A stretch of 64,000 nucleotides of DNA from Bacteroides sp. (GTDB lineage Bacteria > Bacillota > Clostridia > Oscillospirales > Ruminococcaceae): positions 410 to 64,409 of the forward strand of contig JAMPHV010000004.1 in the NCBI GenBank assembly GCA_023663265.1. The letters are read 5' to 3'. Below the pieces are notes generated by a model. That model saw nothing but the letters and a program-made list of their open reading frames with translations. It ran no database searches and had not been told where the DNA came from. The position numbers and the translations under genes are program-made. Positions 21,169-32,569 of this stretch are shown here, piece by piece; within the stretch, counting starts at the first letter, position 1, and every line of letters begins with the position of its first letter.

Positions 21169-21370
21169 GATCTATGTACCTCCTTTATCGCTTTTTTTGT
21201 ATTTTACGTATTCTGTTTTCCAAATATTTTTTCCTCTCATTTATTAAACGAAATAAAAAGTAAAATTGTCGTGAATAAACATTTAATTGTTGAATATGCA
21301 CAAAGAATGAGTGTATATTTTACCTTGATTTGAATATTTTTCCAAAAATAAAAAAATCTACAAAAAAGTC

Positions 21371-21398
21371 TTGATTTTTTTTGAGAAATGGCTAAAAT
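21371..21398 (+). promoter_or_regulatory. Sigma-A promoter for groESL
   Basis: TTGATT-16 bp-TAAAAT directly upstream of the CIRCE. Confidence 0.65.
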
Positions 21399-21403
21399 AG
21401 TAT

Positions 21404-21430
21404 TTAGCACTCAAAGGCTTAGAGTGCTAA
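21404..21430 (+). promoter_or_regulatory. CIRCE element (HrcA operator)
   Basis: Perfect TTAGCACTC-N9-GAGTGCTAA upstream of groES. Confidence 0.97.
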
Positions 21431-21452
21431 AAACACAGAAACAAAATTTTAA

Positions 21453-21749
<297 letters not shown>

Positions 21750-21805
21750 CACGGATCAAAAACAGGAAAAAAATCAGCAGAATAAAATTTGAAAGGAGCC
21801 GATAA

Positions 21806-23443
<1,638 letters not shown>

Positions 23444-23461
23444 TACCGAATAAATAAATAC

Positions 23462-23509
23462 AAAAAACACGTCAAAACCGAGGTGAAACAAGGTTTTGAC
23501 GTGTTTTTT
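23462..23509. terminator. Bidirectional intrinsic terminator between groEL and the convergent small gene
   Basis: Perfect 18-bp inverted repeat AAAAAACACGTCAAAACC/GGTTTTGACGTGTTTTTT with a 12-nt loop. Confidence 0.9.
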
Positions 23510-23727
23510 TACTTTTTGCCGAAAAGACCGCCGAGCTTGTCCTTGATGCCGTCAACGTTGACCTTTGCCTTTACCCCGTCGATAACGTTTTTGATAACGT
23601 CGTCGGGAAGATCAACGCCCAGCGCTTCCTCCACCGCCTTGACAGGCTCCTTTTGGAACTTTTCCGCAAAGCCCTTATCGTTTTTTACCTTGTTTACGAC
23701 CTCGTCGATCTTTGCCTTGATGTCCAT
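23509..23727 (-). CDS. Small hypothetical protein (72 aa)
   Basis: RBS GGAAAGGA; plausible helical composition; convergent with groEL and sharing its terminator. Confidence 0.75.
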   Translation of the reverse strand: MDIKAKIDEVVNKVKNDKGFAEKFQKEPVKAVEEALGVDLPDDVIKNVIDGVKAKVNVDGIKDKLGGLFGKK

Positions 23728-23805
23728 TTTTTAAACCGTCCTTTCCTAATAACTGTTGAGAATATGCTCTTTTATACTAATCTCCGCCGAAACGGAGAAC
23801 AGCAT

Positions 23806-24162
23806 TTATGTGTTTTTATCCACCCGATGAAGCTCCTTAAGATTTCCTATTTTTTCGTTTCTTTCCCCAAGCACCCTTTCGACCTCGCTCCAATCAAGCC
23901 CTTGATTAGCCGCAAGCACCATGACGTGATAAAGCAGATCGTTTATCTCGTTCACAAGCTCCTCGTTATCCCCGTTTTTGGCGGCAATAACCGTTTCGGC
24001 AGCCTCCTCGCCGACTTTTTTGCATATCTTATCGACGCCCTTGTCGAAAAGGTATGCGGTATAGCTGTTTTCCCGAGCGATTCCCTTTTCGTATTCCGAC
24101 TTACGCTGCTTGATTACTTCAAAAATCTCTTGATATACCGTCATTTTATTTAATCCTTTCAA
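23806..24162 (-). CDS. hisE: Phosphoribosyl-ATP diphosphatase
   Basis: SYTAYLF, KKVGEEAAE, DLLYHVMV. Confidence 0.95.
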   Translation of the reverse strand: MKGLNKMTVYQEIFEVIKQRKSEYEKGIARENSYTAYLFDKGVDKICKKVGEEAAETVIAAKNGDNEELVNEINDLLYHVMVLAANQGLDWSEVERVLGERNEKIGNLKELHRVDKNT

Positions 24163-24172
24163 TTGTCTATGA

Positions 24173-24523
24173 TCAGTCCCGTATGCTGTACATTTCGTTG
24201 AAAAAACAGCTATAGCTGCCCGTGTGACAAGCGTTTCCCGTCTGCTCGACGTTAAGAAGCAGGGTATCGTTATCGCAGTCGCTGTAAATCGAAATTACCT
24301 TTTGCAAATGTCCGCTGGTGGCTCCCTTGTTCCAAAGCTCTCCTCTTGACCTGCTCCAATACCATGTATATCCCGTTTCAAGGGTCTTTTTCAAGCTTTC
24401 TCTGTTCATATAAGCCAGCATAAGCACCGTTTTTGTGTTTACATCAAAGGCAACTGCGGGTATAAGGTCGCTTTTTTCAAAATACCTGTCCAAGCTGTCT
24501 GCATTGATTTTGATCTTGCCCAT
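24173..24523 (-). CDS. hisI: Phosphoribosyl-AMP cyclohydrolase
   Basis: [27 protein letters not shown]. Confidence 0.95.
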   Translation of the reverse strand: MGKIKINADSLDRYFEKSDLIPAVAFDVNTKTVLMLAYMNRESLKKTLETGYTWYWSRSRGELWNKGATSGHLQKVISIYSDCDNDTLLLNVEQTGNACHTGSYSCFFNEMYSIRD

Positions 24524-24559
24524 TATGGTCTCCCGTAAATTTATTTGTCAATATCTCAA

Positions 24560-26773
24560 TTACCGAAGATATTTTTTGTTTATTACTTCCTTAGGCACTT
24601 GAAGCTTCGGCCAGCCGGCAATTCCGACAAGATTAAAGAAAATGTCTTCGTTTTCCCCGTTTTCAAACCATACGTTGGGAATTAACTCAAGCTCTTTATA
24701 TTCATCGGGAACGTAATCGCGCCAGTTTTCGCCTATCAGCATTTCCATTGTGATAAGCTCAAGGGTGTCCGCGTCAAAGCATGCCCCCGGGAGGTCTCCC
24801 GCGCCCGGCGACCGCAGACGTACGGAGAAATATTTTTCATTTTTGTCGATACCGATGTCCACTCCAATGTCGGACGTCCATTCGGGATACGATCTTCTGA
24901 TAGCGTCCCAAGTCCGCTTCTGAAGCTCATACCAAAGCTCGTCCTCCTCAACGATCTCCTCTTCGGTGTGATACGGAGAGCCCGCGATTCTTATGTAAAC
25001 GTCTCCGTCCTCGACAGCGTAATAACATTCCCATTCGCGATAGTATATGTCGGAAATGCCTTCCGTATATTTTTTTGCAATGACCTCGCTCATATCGCGA
25101 TACTGCGAAACGATACAGCGGCGGTTATTATCGGAGTAGTTCAAAAAAGGCGCGCAGGTAAAATACATATTTTGCGGCTCCAGCCCCACCGAGTTTATCG
25201 TAAACAGTCTCGGTTCGCCTAAAATTCCCGAAAAATCTGATTTTTGTTCAAGCTCGGAATAAGCCGTAAGCTTTTGGGATATCCAATTATCGATGCTTTT
25301 ATTAACATCGGACATAAAATCCTCGCCCTCGTAAAACAGCTCGGAGAAATGCTCGATCCTTTTTCCCTCTATCAAATCGTAATTTAAAGTTTCCGCGTGA
25401 TAAAATATACTCGTACTTACGAACATCGGATCCGTTTCAACGTCATTGTTGCGATAACCCAGTACAAGCGACAAATACCCGTTGCGGCAGTCCATATCGA
25501 GTATTATCCCGTCAATGCCGTTTTTGTCATCGTATTTCGGATCGTAATATTGCCGCAGATTGTCCATTGCCGTGCGAATATCGGCGTTTATCCGCTGTTG
25601 AAGCTCCCCGTCGGTCAAAAAGGTTATCTCATAATATTTGTCGCTTATTGTGTACCCTTCTCCCCCAAAGAACAGCTCCGCATAGTTTTCCGAGGGAACA
25701 AAATCGTCGGGCTTCGGCTTGCCCGTTCCTTTTGCCTCGTAAGGCAGATACTGTTCGGGGACCTCCATTCCGTTAACGGGAAGATAGCCGCTGTCAAGAA
25801 CGCAGCGCTGTCCCTCGTCGGATAAAGCTCTTTCGGTAAATTCCCGCGCGCTTTTCGGCGATCTGTCCGTATAAATAATATATGTGCAGCTTAACAGGGG
25901 GTAGCTTTCGTCCGCCATTGTCGCCTTTGAGGGAGCAACGCCGTCCACCGCGATAAATTTCACCTTGTTGGCGTTGGCGTACATCTGCGCCGCGTAGGAA
26001 TAAACCGAGTAGCCTATAGCTCCCGCCGAGTTGTCGTAAACCGCAATAGCGTCCATTAACGACATCATCATTCCCTCCACAAGCTCGGTTTTGGGAGGAA
26101 GCATGGGAGTATCTCCCATAAAAACGGTCATATAATTCTGACTTCCGGAGTCGGTGTTGCGCTGATAAGGCAGAATAAGCTCGTCATTACCTCCCACCTC
26201 CGACCAATTGGTTATCTCTCCGCTGTAAATCCTTCTGAGCTGCTCGCTCGTAAGCGAATCCACGGGATTTTCCGCGTTAACGGCAAACACAAAGCCTTCC
26301 TTTGCCACAGGCTCCATAAATAAGGTAACTCCCGCCTCGTCAGCCATTTTTTGCTGTTCCTCGGAAATAGGTACGGAAAAAATCAGATCAACCTCCCCGT
26401 TGATAAGCCGCTTAAAGGAATCATGCGTCGTGGTATGAGAAACAAGCTCTTTTGCTTGCTCATAGGAAATACCGAGCAAGCCGCTTTTCAATCCGATCTC
26501 CAGCGGAGCCGCCGAGGTGGACCCGTCCATTCGAGGCAAGTCTGAAATCCCGTTTTCATACTCCGATCCCGCGGTCGTTGCTTCGGGTAAGCTTGTTTCC
26601 TCCTCCGATCCCGCAGTCGTTGCTTCGGATAAGCTCGTTTCCTCTTGGGAGCTGCTCTCAGAGGTATCGGGATCGGATTCCGCTTCGGTAACAACGTTTT
26701 TTTCCCGATCGACGCAAGAGCATAAAAGAGCTGCCGCGCATAAAATTGAGAAAAGCTTGTATTTTTTCTTCAT
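24560..26773 (-). CDS. Lipoprotein: PstS-like (PBP_like_2) substrate-binding domain plus about 400 aa of C-terminal extension
   Basis: Lipobox LCSC; DGSTS, VNAENPVDSLT...IYSGEITNWSEVGG, RNTDSGS, YPL motifs of PstS-like proteins. Its ATG overlaps the hisF stop. Confidence 0.8.
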   Translation of the reverse strand: MKKKYKLFSILCAAALLCSCVDREKNVVTEAESDPDTSESSSQEETSLSEATTAGSEEETSLPEATTAGSEYENGISDLPRMDGSTSAAPLEIGLKSGLLGISYEQAKELVSHTTTHDSFKRLINGEVDLIFSVPISEEQQKMADEAGVTLFMEPVAKEGFVFAVNAENPVDSLTSEQLRRIYSGEITNWSEVGGNDELILPYQRNTDSGSQNYMTVFMGDTPMLPPKTELVEGMMMSLMDAIAVYDNSAGAIGYSVYSYAAQMYANANKVKFIAVDGVAPSKATMADESYPLLSCTYIIYTDRSPKSAREFTERALSDEGQRCVLDSGYLPVNGMEVPEQYLPYEAKGTGKPKPDDFVPSENYAELFFGGEGYTISDKYYEITFLTDGELQQRINADIRTAMDNLRQYYDPKYDDKNGIDGIILDMDCRNGYLSLVLGYRNNDVETDPMFVSTSIFYHAETLNYDLIEGKRIEHFSELFYEGEDFMSDVNKSIDNWISQKLTAYSELEQKSDFSGILGEPRLFTINSVGLEPQNMYFTCAPFLNYSDNNRRCIVSQYRDMSEVIAKKYTEGISDIYYREWECYYAVEDGDVYIRIAGSPYHTEEEIVEEDELWYELQKRTWDAIRRSYPEWTSDIGVDIGIDKNEKYFSVRLRSPGAGDLPGACFDADTLELITMEMLIGENWRDYVPDEYKELELIPNVWFENGENEDIFFNLVGIAGWPKLQVPKEVINKKYLR
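26561..26644. repeat. Tandem 42-bp duplication (2 copies, 39/42 identical) inside the lipoprotein linker
   Basis: Units 26561-26602 and 26603-26644 encode EETSL(S/P)EATTAGSE twice. Confidence 0.9.
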
Positions 26774-27531
26774 TATCTTCTGACCTCTATACCTTTCTTT
26801 ACCAGTTCCCTCTTGACCTCCGCCACCGTTACCTCCCTAAAGTGAAACAGCGAAGCCGCCAGCGCCGCCGAAGCCTTTGTTTTCTCAAACACCTCTGAAA
26901 AATCCTCGAGCTTTCCCGCGCCTCCGCTGGCTATCACGGGAATATTCACTCTGCCGCAGACGTAATCCAGCATTTCCTTATCGAAGCCCGACCGCGTACC
27001 GTCCGCGTCCATGGAGTTCAAGCATATCTCGCCGGCGCCGCGCCGCTCGATCTCCTCGACCCATTGCCCCAACTCGATTTTCATATCTACCCTGCCGCCG
27101 TTCTTGTACACGGTATAGCCGCCCTTTCCGTCCCGCTTCGCGTCTATACCCACAACTACGCATTGTCTGCCGAATATTCTCGCGGCGTCGTTTATCAAGT
27201 CGGGATTGTTAAGAGCCTGCGAGTTCACGGAAACCTTATCAGCCCCCGCTCTCAGCGTATCGCGGAAATCCTCCGCCGTCGCGATACCGCCGCCTACGCA
27301 AAGAGGCACAAACACTCGCTTTGCCGTTTCACGAACCACGTCGAGAATAAGCCCTCTTCCCTCCGCCGAGGCGGTGATATCGTAAAAAACAAGCTCGTCC
27401 GCGCCTTGTCGGTCATATTCCTCGGCATATTCCACAGGGTCGCCGACTTCCTTTATTCCCTCAAAATTAACGCCCTTGACTACCCGTCCGTTTCTCACGT
27501 CGAGACAAGGTATGATTCTTTTTGCAAGCAT
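26773..27531 (-). CDS. hisF: Imidazole glycerol phosphate synthase cyclase subunit
   Basis: [35 protein letters not shown]. Confidence 0.97.
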   Translation of the reverse strand: MLAKRIIPCLDVRNGRVVKGVNFEGIKEVGDPVEYAEEYDRQGADELVFYDITASAEGRGLILDVVRETAKRVFVPLCVGGGIATAEDFRDTLRAGADKVSVNSQALNNPDLINDAARIFGRQCVVVGIDAKRDGKGGYTVYKNGGRVDMKIELGQWVEEIERRGAGEICLNSMDADGTRSGFDKEMLDYVCGRVNIPVIASGGAGKLEDFSEVFEKTKASAALAASLFHFREVTVAEVKRELVKKGIEVRR

Positions 27532-28253
27532 TATTTTTCTCCTATTTCAATCGCTTCTTTCAGATTCAGTGCTCCGCTGTAGATCGACTTGCCGCAAATA
27601 ACTCCGTACAAGCCCATTTTTTTGCAGAGCTTTATATCTTCGATATTATGCACTCCGCCGCTGGCGGTAATATTGCACCTGTCGCCTGCAGCGTTTTTCA
27701 GCGCGGAAAGCTGCTCGGCATTAACTCCCGATAATGTGCCGTCCTTGGAAATATCGGTAAAAATAATATTCTTAACGCCCGCCTTTATCATTTCAAGAGA
27801 TAGATCGATATAATTGACCTGCGAGCTTTCAAGCCAGCCCTCTGCCGCCGCTATCCCGTTTTTTGCGTCAATTCCCACAGCTATCTTATCACCGTATTCC
27901 TTAACGGCTTCGATTACCATCTGCGGATTTTTTAATGCCGCAGAACCTAAAATTACCCTTGAAATTTTTTTTGAAATATATTCCTCCACCGAGTCAAGGC
28001 TTCGTATACCTCCGCCTGCCTCTACTTTAAGGCTTGTGTTTGCCGCAATATCAAAAAAAACTTCCGAATTAACGGGCTTTCCCTCTTTTGCGCCGTCTAA
28101 ATCCACCGTATGGATCCAGCTTGCTCCCGCTCTTTCAAAATCTCTTGCGGCGTCCATATAGCTTTCCGCCACCTTGTGAACGGTAGCAAAATCGCCTTTC
28201 AGCAAGCGCACACAGTTTCCGTCCTTTATGTCTATTGCAGGTAAAATTATCAT
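27531..28253 (-). CDS. hisA: ProFAR isomerase
   Basis: [32 protein letters not shown]. Start placed at ATG 28253. Confidence 0.95.
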   Translation of the reverse strand: MIILPAIDIKDGNCVRLLKGDFATVHKVAESYMDAARDFERAGASWIHTVDLDGAKEGKPVNSEVFFDIAANTSLKVEAGGGIRSLDSVEEYISKKISRVILGSAALKNPQMVIEAVKEYGDKIAVGIDAKNGIAAAEGWLESSQVNYIDLSLEMIKAGVKNIIFTDISKDGTLSGVNAEQLSALKNAAGDRCNITASGGVHNIEDIKLCKKMGLYGVICGKSIYSGALNLKEAIEIGEK

Positions 28254-28306
28254 AGCTGTTTGTCCTTTTTTATGTTTTCTCCACAGTCGCATTTTCTTTC
28301 CATAAA

Positions 28307-28909
28307 TTACAGTCTCTCAAAATTTCTTAAAATGTTAAGCCCCGTTTCTCCGCTTTTTTCGGGGTGAAACTGTGCTCCGTAAACCGTGGCTCCGTTTCCT
28401 GCCAAAGCAGGTACTTTTCCGCCGTAATCCACATAAGCATATACGCTGTCGCTTGTGCATACAGCAGCGTAGGAGTGAACGAAATAAACGTATTCTCCCT
28501 CGGGAATGCCTTTTAAAAGCGGACATTCCTTATTATATTCCAAGGAGTTCCACCCCATTTGAGGAATTGCCAAATTATCCTCGGGCCTCATCAGATCTAC
28601 CGAGCCTTTTATAAGTCCCAAGCCTTGATGTTCACCGAATTCAAAGCTTTTTTCAAATAAAAGCTGCATACCGAGACAAATGCCCAAAAAAGGCTTTTTA
28701 AGCGCCTCTGTTTTAATGATATCCGCCAGCCCTAAGCCGTTCAGCTTTTCCATAGCGTCTCCGAAAGCTCCCACTCCGGGCAAAATCATTTTGTCCGCCA
28801 TAACGATATCCCGCTTATCTGAGGTGATCTTATTTTCTAAGCCAAGGTAATTCAAGGCGTTCCGAACGCTGAATAAATTACCCGCGCCGTAGTCTATTAT
28901 TGCTATCAT
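28307..28909 (-). CDS. hisH: Imidazole glycerol phosphate synthase glutaminase subunit
   Basis: IIDYGAGN, LPGVGAF, GICLGMQ, QFHPEKS. Confidence 0.97.
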   Translation of the reverse strand: MIAIIDYGAGNLFSVRNALNYLGLENKITSDKRDIVMADKMILPGVGAFGDAMEKLNGLGLADIIKTEALKKPFLGICLGMQLLFEKSFEFGEHQGLGLIKGSVDLMRPEDNLAIPQMGWNSLEYNKECPLLKGIPEGEYVYFVHSYAAVCTSDSVYAYVDYGGKVPALAGNGATVYGAQFHPEKSGETGLNILRNFERL

Positions 28910-28936
28910 AATAATTTTTCCCTAAATAATAAAATT

Positions 28937-29515
28937 TTAAATTACCCCCTTTGAGGATAATACCTCTCCGCCGTTCAGTCTCACAGCCTGCTTTAGCGCA
29001 TAGGCAAGCGCCTTGAACAAGGCCTCGGTTATATGGTGGTCGTTTTTGCCGTATTCGGACCTTAGGTGCAGGGTTATTCCCGCGTTAAAGGCGAACGCTC
29101 TCATAAATTCCTCGGTAAGACAGCTTTCGTAATCCCCTATCTTTTCGTTGGCAAACTCCGCGTTAAAAACAAGAAAGGGTCTTCTGCTTATATCCAAAGC
29201 GCAAAATCCCAACGCCTCGTCCATCGGAATAAATGCGGAACCGAACCGCATCACCATTTGATCCCCCAAAGCTAAGCTCAAAGCCTGTCCGAGACAAATT
29301 CCCACGTCCTCTACACTGTGATGACCGTCAACGTTCAGATCGCCCTTACAGCTTATGCTGAGATCAAAGCCGCCGTGTACGGTCAAGGCGGTAAGCATAT
29401 GATCGAAAAAACCTATACCGGTATTTATGTCCGCTTTACCGATTCCGTCAAGCTTCAAGGCGACCGAAATATCCGTTTCCTTAGTAGTTCTGATGATTCG
29501 CGCTTCTCTGCTCAT
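28937..29515 (-). CDS. hisB: Imidazoleglycerol-phosphate dehydratase (monofunctional)
   Basis: RTTKETDI, GFFDHML, DGHHSVED, NDHHITEA. Confidence 0.97.
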   Translation of the reverse strand: MSREARIIRTTKETDISVALKLDGIGKADINTGIGFFDHMLTALTVHGGFDLSISCKGDLNVDGHHSVEDVGICLGQALSLALGDQMVMRFGSAFIPMDEALGFCALDISRRPFLVFNAEFANEKIGDYESCLTEEFMRAFAFNAGITLHLRSEYGKNDHHITEALFKALAYALKQAVRLNGGEVLSSKGVI

Positions 29516-30573
29516 AAGTATTCCCCGCTTTTACCTTTATTTCTTTCCGTCAAAGCCTTAATCACGGCTCTGTTTTCCTCGCTTGTTCCCGCCGTTATCC
29601 TTAGATATTCTCCCATATGCCTTACCGCGATAGACCTGGAAAGCAGGTACTCAAAAATCTCCTTTGCCCCGCGTGCTTTCATAAACACAAAATTGGTAAC
29701 AGAGGGATATACAGCCTCCGCAAGGTCCAGCTTCGCTTCCGTCAAAGCGTTGTAAAGCTCATTTTTCGCCGCCTTGCAGGCTTCGATGCGCCTGTTCATC
29801 TCTTCCTTATCCTTAAGAAAATATTCCGCGAGCTGCTGCGTCAGCGAGTTGACATTATAAGGCGACTTAGCCGCACGGAGCTTTTCCGTGATAATAGGAC
29901 AGGAAACCGCAAAGCCGAGCCTTAACCCCGCCATTCCCAACGCCTTTGAGCAGGTGCGGAGCACTATAAGATTATCGTATTCGGCGGTATCCTTCAACAG
30001 GCTGTTTTCCTCGCCCCAAAAATCCATATACGCCTCGTCCAAAATAACCAAGGCTTCCACCGATCTGACAAGCCTTACGACCTTTTCCTTTTCAAGTCCC
30101 AAGGAGGTGGGATTGCAGGGATTGGAAAACAGTACCGCTCTGACGCCGTCTCTGTTCACCTTGTCGATAACCTTATCGACGTTTATCGTCAGGTCGGGTT
30201 CCTTTGGCATTGCTTCCGCGTTAAGCTCATAAAGACTTGAATAAAAGGCGTACATTGAAAAATCGGGAGCAAGACACAGCACCCTTTCGCCTTTGCGCAA
30301 AAAACAGGCTGTAATAATGCTGATAAGCTCGTCCGATCCGTTTCCCGCCGTTATAAGGTCGGGATCGATACCGTAAAGCTCGCCGTAAGCCTTTATCAGT
30401 CTCTTTGCGTAAGGATCGGGATAGCGGTTTATCTCTATCCCCCTCACCGCATTTTTAAGGCTTTCGTCATCTGTACCTATAAAGCTTTCGTTGGCGTCAA
30501 GACGTATTTTATATTCGCCCTGCACAGGGTCATAGGGCGTAAGACCCAACAGCTTTTCCGTCAATTTATACAT
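29512..30573 (-). CDS. hisC: Histidinol-phosphate aminotransferase
   Basis: LDANES, GNGSDELI, NPCNPT, DEAY, RTCSKALG. Confidence 0.95.
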   Translation of the reverse strand: MYKLTEKLLGLTPYDPVQGEYKIRLDANESFIGTDDESLKNAVRGIEINRYPDPYAKRLIKAYGELYGIDPDLITAGNGSDELISIITACFLRKGERVLCLAPDFSMYAFYSSLYELNAEAMPKEPDLTINVDKVIDKVNRDGVRAVLFSNPCNPTSLGLEKEKVVRLVRSVEALVILDEAYMDFWGEENSLLKDTAEYDNLIVLRTCSKALGMAGLRLGFAVSCPIITEKLRAAKSPYNVNSLTQQLAEYFLKDKEEMNRRIEACKAAKNELYNALTEAKLDLAEAVYPSVTNFVFMKARGAKEIFEYLLSRSIAVRHMGEYLRITAGTSEENRAVIKALTERNKGKSGEYL

Positions 30574-30575
30574 AA

Positions 30576-31871
30576 TTATTTACGCAGCTCCTCCACTCTG
30601 ACCTTAACGGAATTGGCATGAGCCGTCAGCCCTTCTCTTTCCGCGACCAAGATAATATCGTCGGCAGCCTCGTTAAGAGCCTGTCCCGTATAATAAATAT
30701 AGCTTGATTTTTTAATAAAGCTGTCAACGGAAAGCGGTGAGAAAAATCTTGCCGTTCCGCTTGTGGGGAGCACGTGATTCGGTCCCGCGTAATAGTCTCC
30801 GAGAGGCTCGGGCGCATATTGTCCCAAAAACAGCGAGCCCACATTGTCAAGCCTTCCTATATATTCGAGAGGATTTTCCGCCAAGACCTCGAGGTGCTCG
30901 GGCGCAAGGCTGTTGGCAATATCGCATGCCTGCATCATATCGCCTGCGATAATTACAGCGCCGTAATTATCCAGCGAATGATCAATGATATCCTTTCTTG
31001 AAAGCTCCCTTGACTGTCTTTCTATCTCCTTGATCGTCTCATCGGCGACTTGCTCCGAGGTAGTTATCAGAATCGCACTCGCCAATTTATCGTGCTCCGC
31101 CTGGGACATAAGGTCGGCCGCAGCATATTTCGGATTGGCGGTTTTGTCGGCTATAACAAGTATCTCGCTGGGTCCCGCTATCATATCTATGTCAACGGTC
31201 CCGTACAGCAGCTTCTTGGCGGTGGCAACATAAATATTTCCCGGACCCACTATTTTCGACACCTTGGGTATCTTCTCCGTACCGTAAGCCAATGCCGCCA
31301 CAGCCTGCGCCCCGCCGCACATAAATATCCTGTCCACCCCGCAAAGCGCAGCCGCCAGCAAAATATCTCTGTTGGGCGTGCCGTCCTTAAGAGGCGGAGT
31401 TGCCATAATAATCTCCTTGACCCCCGCAATTTTTGCGGGAATGGCGTTCATAAGCACCGAGGAGGGATACGCCGCAGTACCTCCGGGCACATATAAGCCT
31501 ACGCGGTCAAGCCCTCTTACCCGCTGACCGAGGATTGAGCCGTCCTCGTTTGTTATCGTATAGCCGTTCTGCTTCTGCCTTTGGTGAAAGGCGGTTATAT
31601 TTTCAACGCAGTTTAAAAGCGCATCCACTAACCTCGGGTCGGATTCGGTAAGGGTATCGTTTATGACCTCCCGAGGCACCTCGTAATACGTGCAGTCGGG
31701 ACAGTCGTATTTTTCGGTATATCTTTTGACAGCCTCGTCTCCGTTTGCCCTTACGTCGGCGATGATCTCCTTAACCGCTTCCTCTACCTTGGCGTTGGTC
31801 TCGCTGCTTCTTTTTTCAACTTCCTTTAAAAATTCTATTTCGCTGCCGTCAGCGTAAATTTTTTTTATCAT
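30576..31871 (-). CDS. hisD: Histidinol dehydrogenase
   Basis: GLYVPGG, YPSSVLM, IDMIAGPSE, SQAEHD, APEHL, AGPNHVLPT. Confidence 0.97.
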   Translation of the reverse strand: MIKKIYADGSEIEFLKEVEKRSSETNAKVEEAVKEIIADVRANGDEAVKRYTEKYDCPDCTYYEVPREVINDTLTESDPRLVDALLNCVENITAFHQRQKQNGYTITNEDGSILGQRVRGLDRVGLYVPGGTAAYPSSVLMNAIPAKIAGVKEIIMATPPLKDGTPNRDILLAAALCGVDRIFMCGGAQAVAALAYGTEKIPKVSKIVGPGNIYVATAKKLLYGTVDIDMIAGPSEILVIADKTANPKYAAADLMSQAEHDKLASAILITTSEQVADETIKEIERQSRELSRKDIIDHSLDNYGAVIIAGDMMQACDIANSLAPEHLEVLAENPLEYIGRLDNVGSLFLGQYAPEPLGDYYAGPNHVLPTSGTARFFSPLSVDSFIKKSSYIYYTGQALNEAADDIILVAEREGLTAHANSVKVRVEELRK

Positions 31872-31902
31872 TTTAAGTCGTTCCTTTCCATTAGAGATGC
31901 CC

Positions 31903-32535
31903 TTAAGTCAATTTCTTTTCCATTAAGTCCACAAGACGATCTATACGCTCTTTTTTCAGCTTGGTGCTTACGGTGTTTGCAATAAGTCTTGCCGAAATAT
32001 CAGCCACGTCCTCATAAACCTCCAACCCGTTTTCCTTAAGGGTGGTACCCGTTTCCACAATGTCCACGATACCGTCCGCCAGCCCCAGCAGCGGCGCAAG
32101 CTCGACCGAGCCCTCGATCTTTACGATATCAACGTCCATTCCCTTGCTTTCAAAAAAAGCTCTTGTCACATTGGTGTATTTTGAGGCAACGGTTTTAACG
32201 CCGTATCCTTTATAAAAATCCTTTCCCTTTCTTCCCGCAAGAGCAAATTTACAGCGGCCGAAGCCCAAATCCACAAGCTCGAAGTATTTGCCGCCGTGCT
32301 CCATTATCGTATCCTTGCCCACAACTCCCAAATCGCATACGCCGTGCTCCACATAGGTAATAACGTCCGCCGCCTTTGCCAAAACGACCTCGATATTTTC
32401 ATCGCTTACGGGAAGAATGAGCTTCCTGCCCTTGTCCCTGACCTTGGTCACATCAAAGCCCATATCCTCAAAAAGCTTTACGGTGTCCCTTTCAAGCCTG
32501 CCCTTTGTGAGAGCGATCCTTATTACATCACTCAT
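31903..32535 (-). CDS. hisG: ATP phosphoribosyltransferase, short form
   Basis: IALTKGRL, DLGVVGKD, GSVELAP, DIVETGTTL; no C-terminal regulatory domain; paired with hisZ. Confidence 0.95.
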   Translation of the reverse strand: MSDVIRIALTKGRLERDTVKLFEDMGFDVTKVRDKGRKLILPVSDENIEVVLAKAADVITYVEHGVCDLGVVGKDTIMEHGGKYFELVDLGFGRCKFALAGRKGKDFYKGYGVKTVASKYTNVTRAFFESKGMDVDIVKIEGSVELAPLLGLADGIVDIVETGTTLKENGLEVYEDVADISARLIANTVSTKLKKERIDRLVDLMEKKLT

Positions 32536-32569
32536 TTTTGTAAAGAACAATCCTTTCAATAATTTATCG

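Noticed and set aside
21230-21290. Possible ECF-sigma promoter upstream of the vWA lipoprotein
   Set aside because: The CGTTTAAT-like -10 is suggestive, but I could not match a convincing -35; too weak to call.
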